Shown here: piece after piece, positions 1 to 11,313 of the stretch | Layout of the letters: each line of letters opens with the position of its first letter | Position numbering within the stretch: position 1 is the stretch's first letter | Assembly: GCF_000981785.2 (NCBI RefSeq) | Contig: NZ_CP011304.1 | Coordinates: 2,400,001 to 2,432,000, forward strand | Source: Microcystis aeruginosa NIES-2549 | Lineage (GTDB): Bacteria > Cyanobacteriota > Cyanobacteriia > Cyanobacteriales > Microcystaceae | Length of the DNA stretch: 32,000 nucleotides | Reading direction: 5' to 3' | The notes under the pieces: generated by a model | What the model saw: the letters and a program-made list of their open reading frames with translations, nothing else | What the model was told of the DNA's origin: nothing | The model's database searches: none | Position numbers and translations under genes: made by a program

Positions 1-70
1 CTAAATTATTAATTGCCTGTTCTATCCAATCCTCAGAGGTGGCAGTGACTAATAAATTAATCTTTCCCAT
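1..70 (-). CDS. 5' end of an unidentified gene running off the left edge (MGKINLLVTATSEDWIEQAINNL...)
   Basis: An ATG at 68-70 on the minus strand opens a frame that stays open to position 1. It is too short to identify. Confidence 0.25.
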   Translation of the reverse strand, partial: MGKINLLVTATSEDWIEQAINNL

Positions 71-202
71 CGTCGCTGATTCCAATGTGCTGCATCTTTC
101 ACCCTAACCCAAAAAGTCGAACAACACCAGTCAAAAACTAAGGACACGGCTTCTGTGATAGCCTAGATGATTGGTGAAGCATAAACACGGCCAATCAATC
201 AG

Positions 203-2332
203 ATGGATTTTTTACTGGAAGTCGGTACAGAAGAACTACCCGCAGATTTTGTCGATAGCGCGATCGCACAATTGCAGGAAAGAGTTAGCAAGAGTTTAGA
301 GACGGAATCTCTGGACGCGACTGCTATTCAAGTTTACGGAACCCCGCGCCGTTTGGCCGTGTTAATCACAGGATTACCGAGGGAGCAAGAGGCTCGCAGC
401 GAGGAGATCAAAGGACCGCCAGTTAGTGCAGCCTACAAAAATGGCCAAATTACCGCCGCTGGTGAGGGTTTTGCTCGAAAACAGGGAGTTAGCACCGACG
501 CTTTCTCCATTCGTGCCACAGACAAAGGAGAATTTGTCTATATTGAAAAAACGATTCCGGGTCGTCAAACAGCCGAGATTTTAAGCGAATTAATTCCCCA
601 ATGGATTACCCGTTTGGAAGGAAGACGTTTTATGCGTTGGGGAGATGGAGATTTAAAATTTCCCCGGCCAATTCGTTGGTTATTAACTTTAGTTGATGGG
701 GAAGTTTTGCCCCTAGAATTAATTAATGGCTCTACCACTTTAACCAGCGATCGATTAACGTTTGGTCATCGCATTCTACACCCGCAATCCCTAGCTATTA
801 GTCATCCCCAGGCATATTTAACCAGTTTGCGATCGATTTTTGTGGAAGCGGATCCGCAAGTGCGTCAACAGATAATTACTGATCAGATTACCACCCTAGC
901 CAAAACACTGGAGGGAGTGGCAGAAATTCCCGCAGATTTATTGGCAGAAGTGACTAACTTAGTCGAATATCCCACGGCAATTGTTGGCAAATTTGACGAT
1001 GAATTTCTGGAATTACCCCCAGAAGTAATTATTACTGTGATGGTGACACATCAGCGTTATTTCCCGGTGAAAACTCCCCAGGGTTTGTCACCCTATTTCA
1101 TCACTATTTCCAATGGCGATCCCCAGAAATCTGAGATTATCTCCGCAGGAAATGAAAGGGTTATCCGCGCACGGTTAGCCGATGCCAGATTTTTCTATAC
1201 TGCCGATTGCGATGAACCCTTAGATAGTTTTCTTCCCCAACTGGAAAACGTCACTTTCCAAGAAGAATTGGGAACCATGCGCGATAAAGTCGATCGAATT
1301 ATGGAAATTGCTCAGATGATCGTCGAACAGTTAAATCTCGATGAACAAAGTCGCAGTGATATAGAGTCCACTGCCATGCTTTGTAAAGCGGATTTAGTTA
1401 CCCAAATGGTCTATGAATTTCCAGAATTACAGGGAGTAATGGCCGAAAAATATGCTTTAATTAGTGGTGAATCGGCTATAGTTGCCCGGGGCATTTTTGA
1501 ACATTATCTGCCTCGCAATGCCAGTGATCTACTCCCAGAAACAATAACCGGTCAAGTGGTGGGAATTGCCGACAGATTAGATACTTTAGTCGGTATTTTT
1601 GGACTGGGAATGCTGCCCACTGGTTCCTCGGATCCCTTCGCTCTCCGTCGGGCTGCCAATGCAATAATTAGTATTATCTGGTCAGCCAATTTTAATATCA
1701 ATCTTTTGGCATTAATTGAGCAAATAGCTCAGGATTTTGTCACCAGTCATCCCGATAAACCTAACCCAGCCAATCTGATTAAAGATTTCTTTTTACAACG
1801 TCTGCAAACTCTCTTAATTGATGATTTGAGGATAGATTATGATCTCGTTAATGCAGTTTTAGGGGAAAACGATCCGGAGTATAAGTCTCGCGCTTTAGAA
1901 AATTTATTAGATACCCGTGAACGCGCTCGCTTTTTATCCCAAATTCGTCAGGATGGTCAGTTAGCCAACATCTATGAAACCGTCAATCGCTCGACCCGTT
2001 TAGCACAAAAAGGAGATTTAGATACAACTACCCTAGAAGCCAAGGGAATCATCAATAAGGAGTTATTTGAACAATCCTCCGAACAAGCATTTTATGACGC
2101 TTTAATTGCCCTAATTCCCGAAACTATCAGCGCAAAAGAGCAAAGAGATTATCAGCGTCTCGTCACTGCTTTAACGGCAATTTCTCCCGTGGTGGCTGAC
2201 TTTTTTGATGGCGAAAATAGTGTGTTAGTCATGGCAGAAAAAGAATCTGTCCGTCGCAATCGTTTAAATTTGTTGGGTTTACTGCGAAATCACGCCCGAG
2301 TCCTAGCAGATTTTGGGGCAATTGTCAACTAA
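203..2332 (+). CDS. glyS: glycine--tRNA ligase beta subunit
   Basis: 709-aa ORF. The N-terminus [17 protein letters not shown] and the overall length and layout are typical of bacterial GlyS. Confidence 0.93.
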   Translation: MDFLLEVGTEELPADFVDSAIAQLQERVSKSLETESLDATAIQVYGTPRRLAVLITGLPREQEARSEEIKGPPVSAAYKNGQITAAGEGFARKQGVSTDAFSIRATDKGEFVYIEKTIPGRQTAEILSELIPQWITRLEGRRFMRWGDGDLKFPRPIRWLLTLVDGEVLPLELINGSTTLTSDRLTFGHRILHPQSLAISHPQAYLTSLRSIFVEADPQVRQQIITDQITTLAKTLEGVAEIPADLLAEVTNLVEYPTAIVGKFDDEFLELPPEVIITVMVTHQRYFPVKTPQGLSPYFITISNGDPQKSEIISAGNERVIRARLADARFFYTADCDEPLDSFLPQLENVTFQEELGTMRDKVDRIMEIAQMIVEQLNLDEQSRSDIESTAMLCKADLVTQMVYEFPELQGVMAEKYALISGESAIVARGIFEHYLPRNASDLLPETITGQVVGIADRLDTLVGIFGLGMLPTGSSDPFALRRAANAIISIIWSANFNINLLALIEQIAQDFVTSHPDKPNPANLIKDFFLQRLQTLLIDDLRIDYDLVNAVLGENDPEYKSRALENLLDTRERARFLSQIRQDGQLANIYETVNRSTRLAQKGDLDTTTLEAKGIINKELFEQSSEQAFYDALIALIPETISAKEQRDYQRLVTALTAISPVVADFFDGENSVLVMAEKESVRRNRLNLLGLLRNHARVLADFGAIVN

Positions 2333-2333
2333 A

Positions 2334-2723
2334 ATGGCCGATTTTGAACTACAGCAACAAGTCCAAAGATTACATCGACTGACGGTATGGGGTCGTTGGT
2401 TGTTCGTGTTGGGTTGTTGGTTAGTGATTGGTTCGGCGAGTTTATGGGTTTTACGAGATGATATAGCCTTAATGCGGCAGTATTTTACTTGGACAGCCCT
2501 TAGATACACTTTAGCTTTCAATTACTGGCCTTCTATCGGTCTAGCCTTTTGTGTTGCCATTACAGGAGCAGTGTTAGTCTGGCAAAGTCGCAACATTATT
2601 TTAGGACTTTCCCCCAGAGAAAAACTGCGCTTAGAGCAACGGGTGCAGAAAATTCGGGACAAAGGGCCGGGTCATCCCCTCTGGCGCTGGATCTTAAAAA
2701 GCAGGAAAAAAGACTTACAATAA
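2334..2723 (+). CDS. hypothetical two-TM membrane protein
   Basis: An ATG lies 1 nt after the glyS stop; the listed ORF start at 2313 overlaps glyS. There are two hydrophobic spans (WLFVLGCWLVIGSASLWVL and IGLAFCVAITGAVLVW) and a basic C-terminal tail. Confidence 0.5.
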   Translation: MADFELQQQVQRLHRLTVWGRWLFVLGCWLVIGSASLWVLRDDIALMRQYFTWTALRYTLAFNYWPSIGLAFCVAITGAVLVWQSRNIILGLSPREKLRLEQRVQKIRDKGPGHPLWRWILKSRKKDLQ

Positions 2724-2806
2724 TAAAGCTTTGCTGAAAGCTGACGGCTAGAATCCCCACTAGATATAATTCTTTACGCAACAACTATTGACTTTTGAAT
2801 CTACTT

Positions 2807-3880
2807 ATGACCGTGACTCCCCAAGCTCCTCCGAAAACTCGCCGCGTGGTTTTTCCCTTCACCGCTATTGTCGGCCAGGAAGAAATGAAATTATCCCTAA
2901 TGCTCAACGTCATCGACCCCAAAATTGGCGGGGTGATGATTATGGGGGATCGAGGTACGGGAAAATCGACCACGATTAGGGCTTTAGCCGACCTTTTACC
3001 AGAAATTGACGTAGTTGCTAACGATCCCTTTAATTCTGACCCCAATGATCCCGATTTAATGAGCGATGAGGTGCGGCAAAAGGTGGACGAGGCCATCCCC
3101 TTGACCATTGCCAAGAAAAAAGTGACGATGGTAGATCTGCCCCTCGGTGCGACGGAGGATCGGGTCTGTGGCACGATTGACATCGAAAAGGCCCTGTCAG
3201 AAGGGGTAAAAGCTTTTGAACCAGGATTGCTGGCCAAAGCTAACCGCGGCATTCTCTATGTGGATGAAGTCAATTTACTTGACGATCACCTCGTCGATGT
3301 GCTATTGGATTCGGCCGCTAGTGGTTGGAATACGGTGGAACGGGAAGGAATTTCCATCCGTCACCCGGCCCGGTTTGTTTTGGTGGGATCGGGCAACCCA
3401 GAAGAGGGAGAATTGCGCCCACAACTGCTCGATCGCTTCGGAATGCACGCCGAGATTCACACCGTCAAAGAACCACCTCTACGGGTCAAAATCGTCGAAC
3501 AGCGTGCGGAATTTGATGGCAATCCTCTCTCGTTTTTAGAGAAATACAACTTAGAACAGGAAGAACTGCAAAGAAAGCTCGTGGAGGCCCAGAATCTTTT
3601 GCCTTCCGTGGAGCTTGATTATGATCTGCGGGTGAAAATTTCCGAGGTTTGTTCCGAGTTGGACGTGGATGGATTGCGCGGCGATATCGTTACCAATCGC
3701 GCCGCTAAAGCTCTGGCCGCTTTGGAAGGACGGACAACTGTGACGGTAGATGATATCCGTCGGGTAATTGTTCTCTGTTTACGTCACCGTTTGCGGAAAG
3801 ATCCGTTAGAATCGATCGATTCTGGTTATAAAGTCTTGAAAGCTTTTAATCGCGTCTTTGGATTAGAGGAAAATCCCTAA
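2807..3880 (+). CDS. chlI: magnesium chelatase ATPase subunit I
   Basis: [40 protein letters not shown] (AAA+ Walker A) and [16 protein letters not shown] (Walker B). The first ATG in frame is at 2807; the track start at 2795 is a TTG. Confidence 0.95.
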   Translation: MTVTPQAPPKTRRVVFPFTAIVGQEEMKLSLMLNVIDPKIGGVMIMGDRGTGKSTTIRALADLLPEIDVVANDPFNSDPNDPDLMSDEVRQKVDEAIPLTIAKKKVTMVDLPLGATEDRVCGTIDIEKALSEGVKAFEPGLLAKANRGILYVDEVNLLDDHLVDVLLDSAASGWNTVEREGISIRHPARFVLVGSGNPEEGELRPQLLDRFGMHAEIHTVKEPPLRVKIVEQRAEFDGNPLSFLEKYNLEQEELQRKLVEAQNLLPSVELDYDLRVKISEVCSELDVDGLRGDIVTNRAAKALAALEGRTTVTVDDIRRVIVLCLRHRLRKDPLESIDSGYKVLKAFNRVFGLEENP

Positions 3881-3890
3881 ATCTAATTCA

Positions 3891-3916
3891 CCCTCTCCCC
3901 GAAGAGAGGGTTTTTT
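3891..3916 (+). terminator. rho-independent terminator after chlI
   Basis: Stem ccctctc (3891-3897) pairs with gagaggg (3904-3910) around a 6-nt loop, followed by tttttt (3911-3916), 11 nt after the chlI stop. Confidence 0.65.
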
Positions 3917-4112
3917 AATAGTCAAAAGTGATGAAATCATTATTTTGACATCTGACTGGGAGAATTTTAATCGCTTTTTTCCTTTTTACCTTTTACTTAG
4001 ATATTACAGCGTTTATCTTAAAGATCAAGTATGATCTGACAGGGCATCGTCTCGGAGTATCCCGACTCCCCAAAAGGAAAACTTCTTATCTGACCATTAA
4101 GATAACTGCTGT

Positions 4113-5204
4113 ATGTCTCGTCCTGTTGTTTATTTTGCCGTTACTAATCATGGTTTTGGCCATGCCGTCCGCAGTGCTTCGGTAGTAGCTAATATTATTG
4201 AACTTAATCCCGAAATTTTGCCGATATTAGTCACCACGGCCCCGCGCTGGTTATTAGATTCCTATATATCTGGAGAATATATTCAAAGACATCGGGGGTT
4301 TGATGTGGGGGTAATCCAATCGGATAGTTTAACGATGGATAAATTAGCTACTAAAGAAAAACTAGAACAAATAATTGCTCAATCAAGGTCAATTATTGCC
4401 AGTGAAGTTAATTTTATTAAAACTAATCGTGTGGGTTTAGTTGTGGCCGATTTACCCCCTTTAGCGGCACTAATTGCCAAAAGTGCGGGGATTCCTTGTT
4501 GGATGATCGGTAACTTCGGCTGGGATTTTATCTATCGTGATTGGGGTGAAGAATTTGCCAGTATTAGTGATTGGATTAGTCGTTGTTATAATCAATGTGA
4601 TCGCTTATTTAAACTGCCTTTAGCAGAAGCGATGACAGCATTTCCTCACGTTACAGAAGCAAATTTAACTGGGGGGACACCCCGCTACAGTGAAGAACAA
4701 TTGCGACAGGAGTTTAAGCTAAATGCCCCTAAAGAAAAAACTATTTTATTGAGTTTTGGTGGGTTAGGATTAGAAGCAATTCCCTATAATAACCTCGCCA
4801 GTTTTCCCGATTGGCAATTTATCACTTTTGAAAAAAACGCGCCCGAATTGCCCAATTTAATCCGCCTAGAGGATAAACCAGAGCGGAGCTATCGTCCCGT
4901 GGATTTTATGCCCCTGTGCGATCGAATTATTTCCAAACCGGGATATAGTACCTTTGCCGAGGCTTTAAAATTAGAGGTGCCGATTGTTTCCCTAATGCGA
5001 GAAGGTTTCGCCGAATCAGCGATTTTATTGGCTGGAATCCAAGATTATAGTTATCATCAAATTATTAGCAGTGAAGAATTTTTTCAAGGTAATTGGGACT
5101 TTTTACGCCAAGCTCCCCAACCGCCACGATTAAAGGTTAAACTGGCTAAAGATGGTGCAGAATCGATAGCGAGAGCTATCGTAGAATACTTTGAGAGGCA
5201 ATAA
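4113..5204 (+). CDS. glycosyltransferase-like protein (GT-B/MurG-like fold, function unknown)
   Basis: 363-aa ORF. The N-terminal VYFAVTNHGFGHAVRS motif and the C-terminal SKPGYSTFAEAL resemble GT28/UDP-glycosyltransferase-type enzymes. Assigned by recollection of motifs only. Confidence 0.55.
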   Translation: MSRPVVYFAVTNHGFGHAVRSASVVANIIELNPEILPILVTTAPRWLLDSYISGEYIQRHRGFDVGVIQSDSLTMDKLATKEKLEQIIAQSRSIIASEVNFIKTNRVGLVVADLPPLAALIAKSAGIPCWMIGNFGWDFIYRDWGEEFASISDWISRCYNQCDRLFKLPLAEAMTAFPHVTEANLTGGTPRYSEEQLRQEFKLNAPKEKTILLSFGGLGLEAIPYNNLASFPDWQFITFEKNAPELPNLIRLEDKPERSYRPVDFMPLCDRIISKPGYSTFAEALKLEVPIVSLMREGFAESAILLAGIQDYSYHQIISSEEFFQGNWDFLRQAPQPPRLKVKLAKDGAESIARAIVEYFERQ

Positions 5205-5324
5205 CCATCCGGGGAAAGTTGACAGCCAACCTGAGCAGAGAACCAGGGAGACAGAAACAAGATCGGGCAGCAAGCCGATACTTGTTACAATAGTTTACAA
5301 ATCACCCTGCCCCGTCACTGAACT

Positions 5325-7316
5325 ATGTCCGAACAGATGATCTCCCCAGAGACGCAAACCCCAGAAGCGATTACTGTTGAAGTGCAGCCCGTCCATATTC
5401 CCGAAGAGCATCGGGAAGATACCGGCCCCATGGATGACAACGTAGCCGAGAGTTGGCGCTACAATCCCCAAGTTATTAACGACTATTACCGTCGGCGACC
5501 TCTAGAAGTTTTGGGGAGATTAATCGAAATTGCCCTGCCAGTTTTATCTTTTGTCATCGGTATCTGGTGGGATAAACTGCGGGGAAAATCGCCGAAAAAT
5601 GAAATTAGACGGGCCGTACAATTGCGGGAAATTTTGACCAAATTGGGACCGACCTATATTAAGATCGGTCAAGCTCTCTCTACCCGGCCTGATTTAGTAC
5701 CACCTTTATATTTAGAAGAATTAACCACTCTCCAAGATCAAATTCCCTCTTTTCCTAACGAAATTGCCTATCGTTTTATCGAAGAAGAATTAGGTTATTG
5801 TCCCGAAGAAATTTATGCAGAATTATCCCCCAATCCCATAGCGGCCGCTTCCCTAGGACAAGTTTATAAAGGTAAATTAAAAACCGGAGAGAGAGTCGCC
5901 GTTAAAGTACAGCGTCCCGATTTGATTCGCTGTATAACTTTAGATGTGTATATCATGCGTAGTTTGGCGAGTTGGGCGAAAGGTAATATTAAAAGACTTC
6001 GCTCCGATTTAGTGGCAATTACCGACGAATTAGCTGGTCGTATTTTTGAAGAAATTAATTATCTTCACGAGGGACAAAACGCCGAAAAATTCGCTCAACT
6101 TTATGGTCACATTGCCGAAATTTACATCCCCAAAATCTACTGGAAATATACCGGGCGACGGGTTTTAACCATGGAGTGGGTGGACGGCACAAAATTAACT
6201 AATATCAAAGAAATTCAGGCCCAGGGTATTGATGCCACCCACTTAGTTAATGTGGGGGTGCAGTGTTCTTTGCGTCAATTACTTGAACATGGATTTTTCC
6301 ATGCGGATCCCCATCCGGGTAATTTATTAGCGACCCCCGACGGTAAATTAGCTTATCTTGATTTCGGCATGATGAGCAATATTGAACCCTATCAACGCTA
6401 CGGTTTAATCGAAGCGGTGGTGCATTTAGTCAACCGGGATTTTGAGTCTTTGGCCAAGGATTACGTTAAGTTAGACTTCCTGTCACCAACTACCAATTTA
6501 GAGCCAATTGTTCCCGCTTTTTCGGAAGTTTTCGGTAATGCTTTGGGGGCGAGTGTGGCAGAATTAAACTTTAAAAGTATCACCGATAAAATGTCGGCGA
6601 TGATGTACGAGTTTCCCTTTCGAGTCCCTGCCTATTATGCCCTGATTATTCGCTCCATGGTGACTTTAGAGGGAATAGCGATTGGCATCGATCCTAATTT
6701 TAAGGTACTGAGTAAAGCCTATCCTTATATTGCTAAACGTCTGCTCACCGATCCTTCCACGGAGTTGCGCGATTCCCTGCGAGATTTATTGTTTAAAGAC
6801 GGTACTTTTCGCTGGAATCGTTTAGAAAATCTCCTGCGAAATGCTAAAGATTCTAATGATTTTAACTTCGAGAAAGTCACCGATCAAGCGTTAGATTTTC
6901 TCCTTTCAGACAGGGGTATATTTATCCGAGAAAAATTAGTTAATGAGTTAGTCAATGCGCTCGATAACTTCGGTCGTCGCACTTGGTTTAATCTCACGGT
7001 TAATTTCCGGGAACAGGTGGGTTTAACTGTGCAGGAAACTCCCCCAGAATTGTTAGGTGATGCTAAGAGTTTTGAGCATCTTCGCAACATCTTTACTATT
7101 TTACAAGAAACAAAAGGATTCGATGCCATGGCTATGGTGCCAGTGATGACTAAACTAATCGTTAAACCGGAAACTCAACAGATGGGACAAAAAATTGCTG
7201 AAGGTTTGCTACAAAAATCCCTAGCGCGTTTAATTCGTTACTTAGTTCTCGAATTTGATAGACCAAATCATCAGCAAAATGGAGAATTATCGAAAGCTTT
7301 ACCCGCTGCCGATTAA
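5325..7316 (+). CDS. ABC1/AarF/UbiB-family atypical kinase
   Basis: AAASLGQVYKGKL, VAVKVQRP and FFHADPHPGNL motifs; 663 aa. Confidence 0.9.
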   Translation: MSEQMISPETQTPEAITVEVQPVHIPEEHREDTGPMDDNVAESWRYNPQVINDYYRRRPLEVLGRLIEIALPVLSFVIGIWWDKLRGKSPKNEIRRAVQLREILTKLGPTYIKIGQALSTRPDLVPPLYLEELTTLQDQIPSFPNEIAYRFIEEELGYCPEEIYAELSPNPIAAASLGQVYKGKLKTGERVAVKVQRPDLIRCITLDVYIMRSLASWAKGNIKRLRSDLVAITDELAGRIFEEINYLHEGQNAEKFAQLYGHIAEIYIPKIYWKYTGRRVLTMEWVDGTKLTNIKEIQAQGIDATHLVNVGVQCSLRQLLEHGFFHADPHPGNLLATPDGKLAYLDFGMMSNIEPYQRYGLIEAVVHLVNRDFESLAKDYVKLDFLSPTTNLEPIVPAFSEVFGNALGASVAELNFKSITDKMSAMMYEFPFRVPAYYALIIRSMVTLEGIAIGIDPNFKVLSKAYPYIAKRLLTDPSTELRDSLRDLLFKDGTFRWNRLENLLRNAKDSNDFNFEKVTDQALDFLLSDRGIFIREKLVNELVNALDNFGRRTWFNLTVNFREQVGLTVQETPPELLGDAKSFEHLRNIFTILQETKGFDAMAMVPVMTKLIVKPETQQMGQKIAEGLLQKSLARLIRYLVLEFDRPNHQQNGELSKALPAAD

Positions 7317-7336
7317 CCTCTGTTCGGTCAATAAAT

Positions 7337-7358
7337 GCCGTGAAATAAATTTCACGGC
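7337..7358 (+). terminator. palindromic hairpin downstream of the ABC1 kinase gene
   Basis: gccgtgaaat aa atttcacggc is a near-perfect palindrome 21 nt after the stop. No T-tract follows, so terminator function is uncertain. Confidence 0.3.
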
Positions 7359-7400
7359 TACGAGAAGAACGCTAAACTGTTTTTAAAGTTTTGGCTCTTC

Positions 7401-7540
7401 TAGGTTCTGTGTGATAAGTTTAACTTACAATATGATCGATCAATCTTTGTGTCCTTTGTGTCTTTGTGGTTCGTTCCACTCACTCGCCAGCAGGACTGTA
7501 TCCTAGAATACATTTTACCCACCAAACCTGGGAGAGCCAA
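7401..7540 (+). repeat. dispersed ~140-bp element, copy 1 (MITE-like)
   Basis: taggttctgtgtgataagtttaacttacaatatgatcgat...ctttgtgtcctttgtgtctttgtggttc...gaatacattttacccaccaaacc aligns along its length with the reverse complement of 17084-17219. Confidence 0.8.
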
Positions 7541-7559
7541 GTTTTTTTATCCTAACTGG

Positions 7560-8864
7560 TTAACGGGGTTTAAAGGTGACTTGTAAACCGTCCCGGGGGT
7601 GGGGAGTGGGGATAGAGGTGAGGGTGAGATCTTGATTAGGGAGTAATTGCCAATCGTATTTTTCTACTAAACGGACGGCTAAAATTTTCATCTCTAAACG
7701 AGCGAATTCTTTGCCGATACATTCGCGCAATCCCGCACCAAAGGGGATATATCCGTAGGGTTTTTCCTCGGCTAAAAAGCGATCGGGATCAAAGGTTTCA
7801 GGATGGGAATAAATGTTATTATCTTTATGGGTATTGCTGATTTGATACTGAACTATCCATCCTTTCGGTAAATGATAACCGTTAAATTGACAGTCTTCTA
7901 TTACCCGACGGAATCCTCCTCCCACGGGTGGAGTAAAACGTAAAACTTCTTTTAAAACGCGATCTAAATAGGTCATCTGTTTGAGGGTATCGACGCTTAA
8001 AGGAGTGGATAGATCAAAATTAGTTATTTCCTCCAAGACAAGCTGAAAAATATCGGGATGCAGTGCCATTTGTAGGCAGAAGGTGGCGATAGCGGAGGTT
8101 AAAGTTTCATGACCAGCAAAGAGTAATAATAGCACTTGATCCTTTAATTCCACTAAGGATAAACTTTGACCGTTTTCATCTTTAGCTTGTAAAAGGATAG
8201 CCAGAGCATCCTGGCCTAAGTCATCATTTTTTTGTCTTTCTAAAATGATAGTTTCTATGGCTTCTAGTAATTCTTCTCGACAGCGTAATGCTTTGCCGAA
8301 AGCTGTCCAGGGAAGGGGAATGGGAAGGGTAAATAGTCCCGCACACCAAGTATCAAAAGCTTCTCCTAATTTGGTAGCAGAACCCTGGTCAAGACCGACA
8401 AATAATTTACAGGCGATATCGAGGGTATAGTTTCTCAATTCAGGATACCATGACAGGGTTTTTGCGGTTTGCCAACGCTCTAAATAGCGAGCGGTAATTG
8501 TTTCTACCGTAGGGATATAACTTGCTAGGGACCGGGGTTGAAAAGCTTGATAGATTAAGCGACGACGGGAAGCATGGACATCTCCCGTATGCACCGCTAA
8601 AGATGCGCTGCCGAGGAGAGTTTTGGTACTTTTGGGCCAAGTTGCCGCAAAGTATTTATTCTCATTGCTGAGGAGAAACCGGTTAGCTTCGGCACCGGAT
8701 AAAATTATCGTGGGACTGCCAAAAATATGAGTACGGAAAAGTTGACCATATTTATTATGACGTTTGTTGGCAAAATCCCCATCGGTCAAAAAAGCGATTG
8801 TTTCTCCTAATAGGGGTAATCCGAAACTGCCGGGGGGTAGGGGTAAATCTTTGCTTATAGTCAT
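7560..8864 (-). CDS. cytochrome P450 (CYP120-like)
   Basis: Heme-binding loop FGAGLRECIGKEFA (FxxGxRxCxG) and I-helix FAGHETLTS. The likely start is MTISKDLPLPPGSFGLPLLGE at 8864; the track start at 8891 adds 9 aa. Confidence 0.9.
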   Translation of the reverse strand: MTISKDLPLPPGSFGLPLLGETIAFLTDGDFANKRHNKYGQLFRTHIFGSPTIILSGAEANRFLLSNENKYFAATWPKSTKTLLGSASLAVHTGDVHASRRRLIYQAFQPRSLASYIPTVETITARYLERWQTAKTLSWYPELRNYTLDIACKLFVGLDQGSATKLGEAFDTWCAGLFTLPIPLPWTAFGKALRCREELLEAIETIILERQKNDDLGQDALAILLQAKDENGQSLSLVELKDQVLLLLFAGHETLTSAIATFCLQMALHPDIFQLVLEEITNFDLSTPLSVDTLKQMTYLDRVLKEVLRFTPPVGGGFRRVIEDCQFNGYHLPKGWIVQYQISNTHKDNNIYSHPETFDPDRFLAEEKPYGYIPFGAGLRECIGKEFARLEMKILAVRLVEKYDWQLLPNQDLTLTSIPTPHPRDGLQVTFKPR

Positions 8865-9077
8865 CGCTGCCTCTAGGGTAAAACTAATCATTTGCCGTCG
8901 ATTAACCCTGTTTATTCTAACCTAAAGCACCGGAGAATTCATCCCCTAATCTAGCCTGACAATTAGCGATCGCACTTGGCAACGGTAAGCACCTAAGCAA
9001 AGTTAATTACACATCTCACCAGTCAGTCAACAGTGATAATTGCCGCCAATTGACATTTTTTAAGATCACCGCCATAA

Positions 9078-10292
9078 TTAGCCTTTGCTAATAATAATTC
9101 GCGGCAAACGATGCTTAAACCCGCAGAGAATTTCCCAGGATATTGTACCTAAATCCCGCGCCCAATCGTCGGCGGTGATGCACTGCGGGCCATCTTTACC
9201 GATAAGGGTGACGATTTCCCCTGTTTTTACCTCTGGAATCTCGCTCACGTCAATCATTAACTGATCCATGGTTATCGCGCCGATTTGGGGTACTAAACGT
9301 CCTCTCAGGGATACTTTTAAACGATTGGAGAGATTGCGGGGAATTCCATCGGCGTAACCGATACCGACCACAGCAATACGGGTGTCTTTTGCCGCTATGT
9401 ACTGATGACCATAACTCACTCCCGAGCCGGCGGCAATGGTTTTGACTTGGGCAATGCGCGCTTTTACTTGCAGGACGGGTTGCAAAGGGACTTTATCGGT
9501 GAGATGATCGGCGGGATAAAGACCGTAGAGAGCTAATCCCACTCTAACTCGATCGTAGTGCAGAGATCGATCGCTTAGGGTAGCGGCAGAGTTGGCTAAA
9601 TGCAGACAGGGGGGATGATAACCTTTTGATCTTAACTCAGCGATCGCTTGTTGGAATCTTTGCCGTTGTAACTGCATGATCTCGGGGTTGGGATCGTCAG
9701 CCGTGGCAAAATGCGAGTATATACTGGCAATTTTCAGGTTAGGAGCCTCTAAAACCTGTTCGACGAATTTGGTGCCGTTTTGCCATTGTGTACCTAAGCG
9801 AGACATCCCCGTATCTAGTTTGATATGGACGGGCAGCCGCTGCTCTAAGCGTCTCATAACGGTGGCAAAAATTTGTACCTGTTCGATTTGCACCAGGGTG
9901 GGTTGCAATTGCCAATGGGCTAAGGCTGCCACTTCTTCCGGGGTATTGACTGCCCCTAAAATCATAATTGGGGCAACGATTCCCGCTTCGCGTAGTTCGA
10001 TACCTTCCCCGATAGTCGCGATGGCTAAAGATTGCGCCCCGGCTTCTAAAACGCTGTTAGCCACCTTAACTGCCCCGTGTCCGTAAGCATCAGCTTTAAT
10101 TACCGCCATTAATTCCGTTTTTGGGGCTAACAGGGCCTTGACTTTTCGCACGTTTTGTTGTAAGGCAGAGCGATCGATCTCTACCCAAGCACGATAGCGA
10201 ATTACTTCCGACAATTGATAATCATGACGGTTTTTGGGCGGATTGATAATTTTTGGTTCGATGCTAAACACCACTCGCTCACTCCTTTGCAC
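9078..10292 (-). CDS. alr: alanine racemase
   Basis: PLP-lysine motif AVIKADAYGHGA and a C-terminal ISWEILC...RLPR region. The start codon in the track is GTG, so the exact start is uncertain. Confidence 0.88.
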   Translation of the reverse strand: MQRSERVVFSIEPKIINPPKNRHDYQLSEVIRYRAWVEIDRSALQQNVRKVKALLAPKTELMAVIKADAYGHGAVKVANSVLEAGAQSLAIATIGEGIELREAGIVAPIMILGAVNTPEEVAALAHWQLQPTLVQIEQVQIFATVMRRLEQRLPVHIKLDTGMSRLGTQWQNGTKFVEQVLEAPNLKIASIYSHFATADDPNPEIMQLQRQRFQQAIAELRSKGYHPPCLHLANSAATLSDRSLHYDRVRVGLALYGLYPADHLTDKVPLQPVLQVKARIAQVKTIAAGSGVSYGHQYIAAKDTRIAVVGIGYADGIPRNLSNRLKVSLRGRLVPQIGAITMDQLMIDVSEIPEVKTGEIVTLIGKDGPQCITADDWARDLGTISWEILCGFKHRLPRIIISKG

Positions 10293-10618
10293 ACATAACC
10301 CAATTTATACCAAAAGAAAACCGAGAGGGCTAGGAAAGAAGCCTGAAACTCCTCTGGATTTCCTCCTTTTTCCAGGCGGAATCTAGGCTTTAAGATGAAT
10401 GGGATATTAGGAAGTTCCCGAAAAAATTGGCAGTTAGGGTTTTTTCCTAGAGAATGAACAGTAACGGGTAATCAGTGACAAGAAAGTAGGGAAATTTTCA
10501 CCTAACACTATCTCAGTGGTTGGACAGAAGTGAAGTTAACTGTGGGGTAAGGAATGCCAAAAAGCCTAGACTTAAGATAAAATCATATCCAACTGGATGT
10601 AGTATAGGAGTTTACCAA

Positions 10619-10894
10619 ATGTCTAACGAAACTGTTACTTATTCCCTAGAAGCTGTCCTCACAAGGATTGAGGGGAAGATCGATAAGATTGATGAGCGCT
10701 TGACAAAAGTAGAAATAGGAATAGCCGATCTCAAAGGAGATATTAAAGTGTTAGACGAGAAAATCGAAGGCATCGACAATCGGCTCAGATCGGTAGAGGG
10801 AACCCAAAAAAATCAGGTCTGGACATTGATTATCCTTTTGGGGAGTGCCATTATTACGGCCGCTTGGAAAGTATTTTTTTCCAGTAATATCTGA
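10619..10894 (+). CDS. small coiled-coil protein with C-terminal TM anchor, copy 1 (91 aa)
   Basis: ATG at 10619 is preceded by aggag. There are heptad-like repeats (IEGKIDKIDERLTKVEIGIADLKGDIKVLDEKIEGIDNRL), then VWTLIILLGSAIITAAWKVFF. The topology resembles XhlA/DUF1640-type proteins (inference). Confidence 0.7.
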   Translation: MSNETVTYSLEAVLTRIEGKIDKIDERLTKVEIGIADLKGDIKVLDEKIEGIDNRLRSVEGTQKNQVWTLIILLGSAIITAAWKVFFSSNI

Positions 10895-11004
10895 GTTCTC
10901 CAATCTCAACAAGACTACAGTTAACCGCTCCTGAAAGAAAATTTTCTTAAAGCTAGACTAAGATAAAATTATATCCAACCAGATGCAGTATAGGAGTTTA
11001 CCCA

Positions 11005-11313
11005 ATGTCTAACGAAACTGTTACTTATTCCCTAGAAGCTGTCCTCACAAGGATTGAGGGGAAGATTGACTCGCTTGAGAAGCGGGTTAACGAAAGATTT
11101 GACAAGGTAGAAGAGCGGTTAACCAAACTAGAAATAGGAGTAACTGATCTCAAAGGGGATATTAAAGTTTTAGACGGGAAAATCGAAGGCATCGACAATC
11201 GGCTAATATCGGTAGAGGGAACCCAAAAAAATCAGGTCTGGACATTGATTATCCTTTTGGGAAGTGCCATTATTACGGCCGCTTGGAAAGTCTTTTTTTC
11301 CAGTAATATCTGA
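11005..11313 (+). CDS. small coiled-coil protein with C-terminal TM anchor, copy 2 (102 aa)
   Basis: Paralog of 10619..10894. The first 22 aa and the last ~60 aa are near-identical, and the coiled coil carries 11 extra residues. Confidence 0.7.
   Translation: MSNETVTYSLEAVLTRIEGKIDSLEKRVNERFDKVEERLTKLEIGVTDLKGDIKVLDGKIEGIDNRLISVEGTQKNQVWTLIILLGSAIITAAWKVFFSSNI

Noticed and set aside
2785-3252. A 155-aa minus-strand ORF, plus other listed antisense or alternative-frame ORFs inside glyS, chlI, the ABC1 kinase, P450, alr, mnmE, NB-ARC, HlyD, FUSC, usp, mnmA and cpcG.
   Set aside because: Each lies wholly within a strongly supported CDS on the other strand or frame. They have low-complexity, Arg/Ser/Pro-rich translations with no motifs and are typical shadow ORFs.
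10520-10618. N-terminal extensions of several ORFs in the track (10520, 12764/12800, 8891, 17839, 18401, 27559, 2795, 2313).
   Set aside because: The extensions begin at non-ATG codons or overlap neighbouring genes. Internal ATGs with SD-like sequences, or a parallel paralog start (MSNETVTY in both copies), give more plausible starts.
10619-11313. The XhlA-like pair could be a prophage lysis cassette.
   Set aside because: No holin, endolysin, terminase or other phage genes flank it; the neighbours are alr and mnmE. Only the topology resembles XhlA, so a phage origin is not supported.
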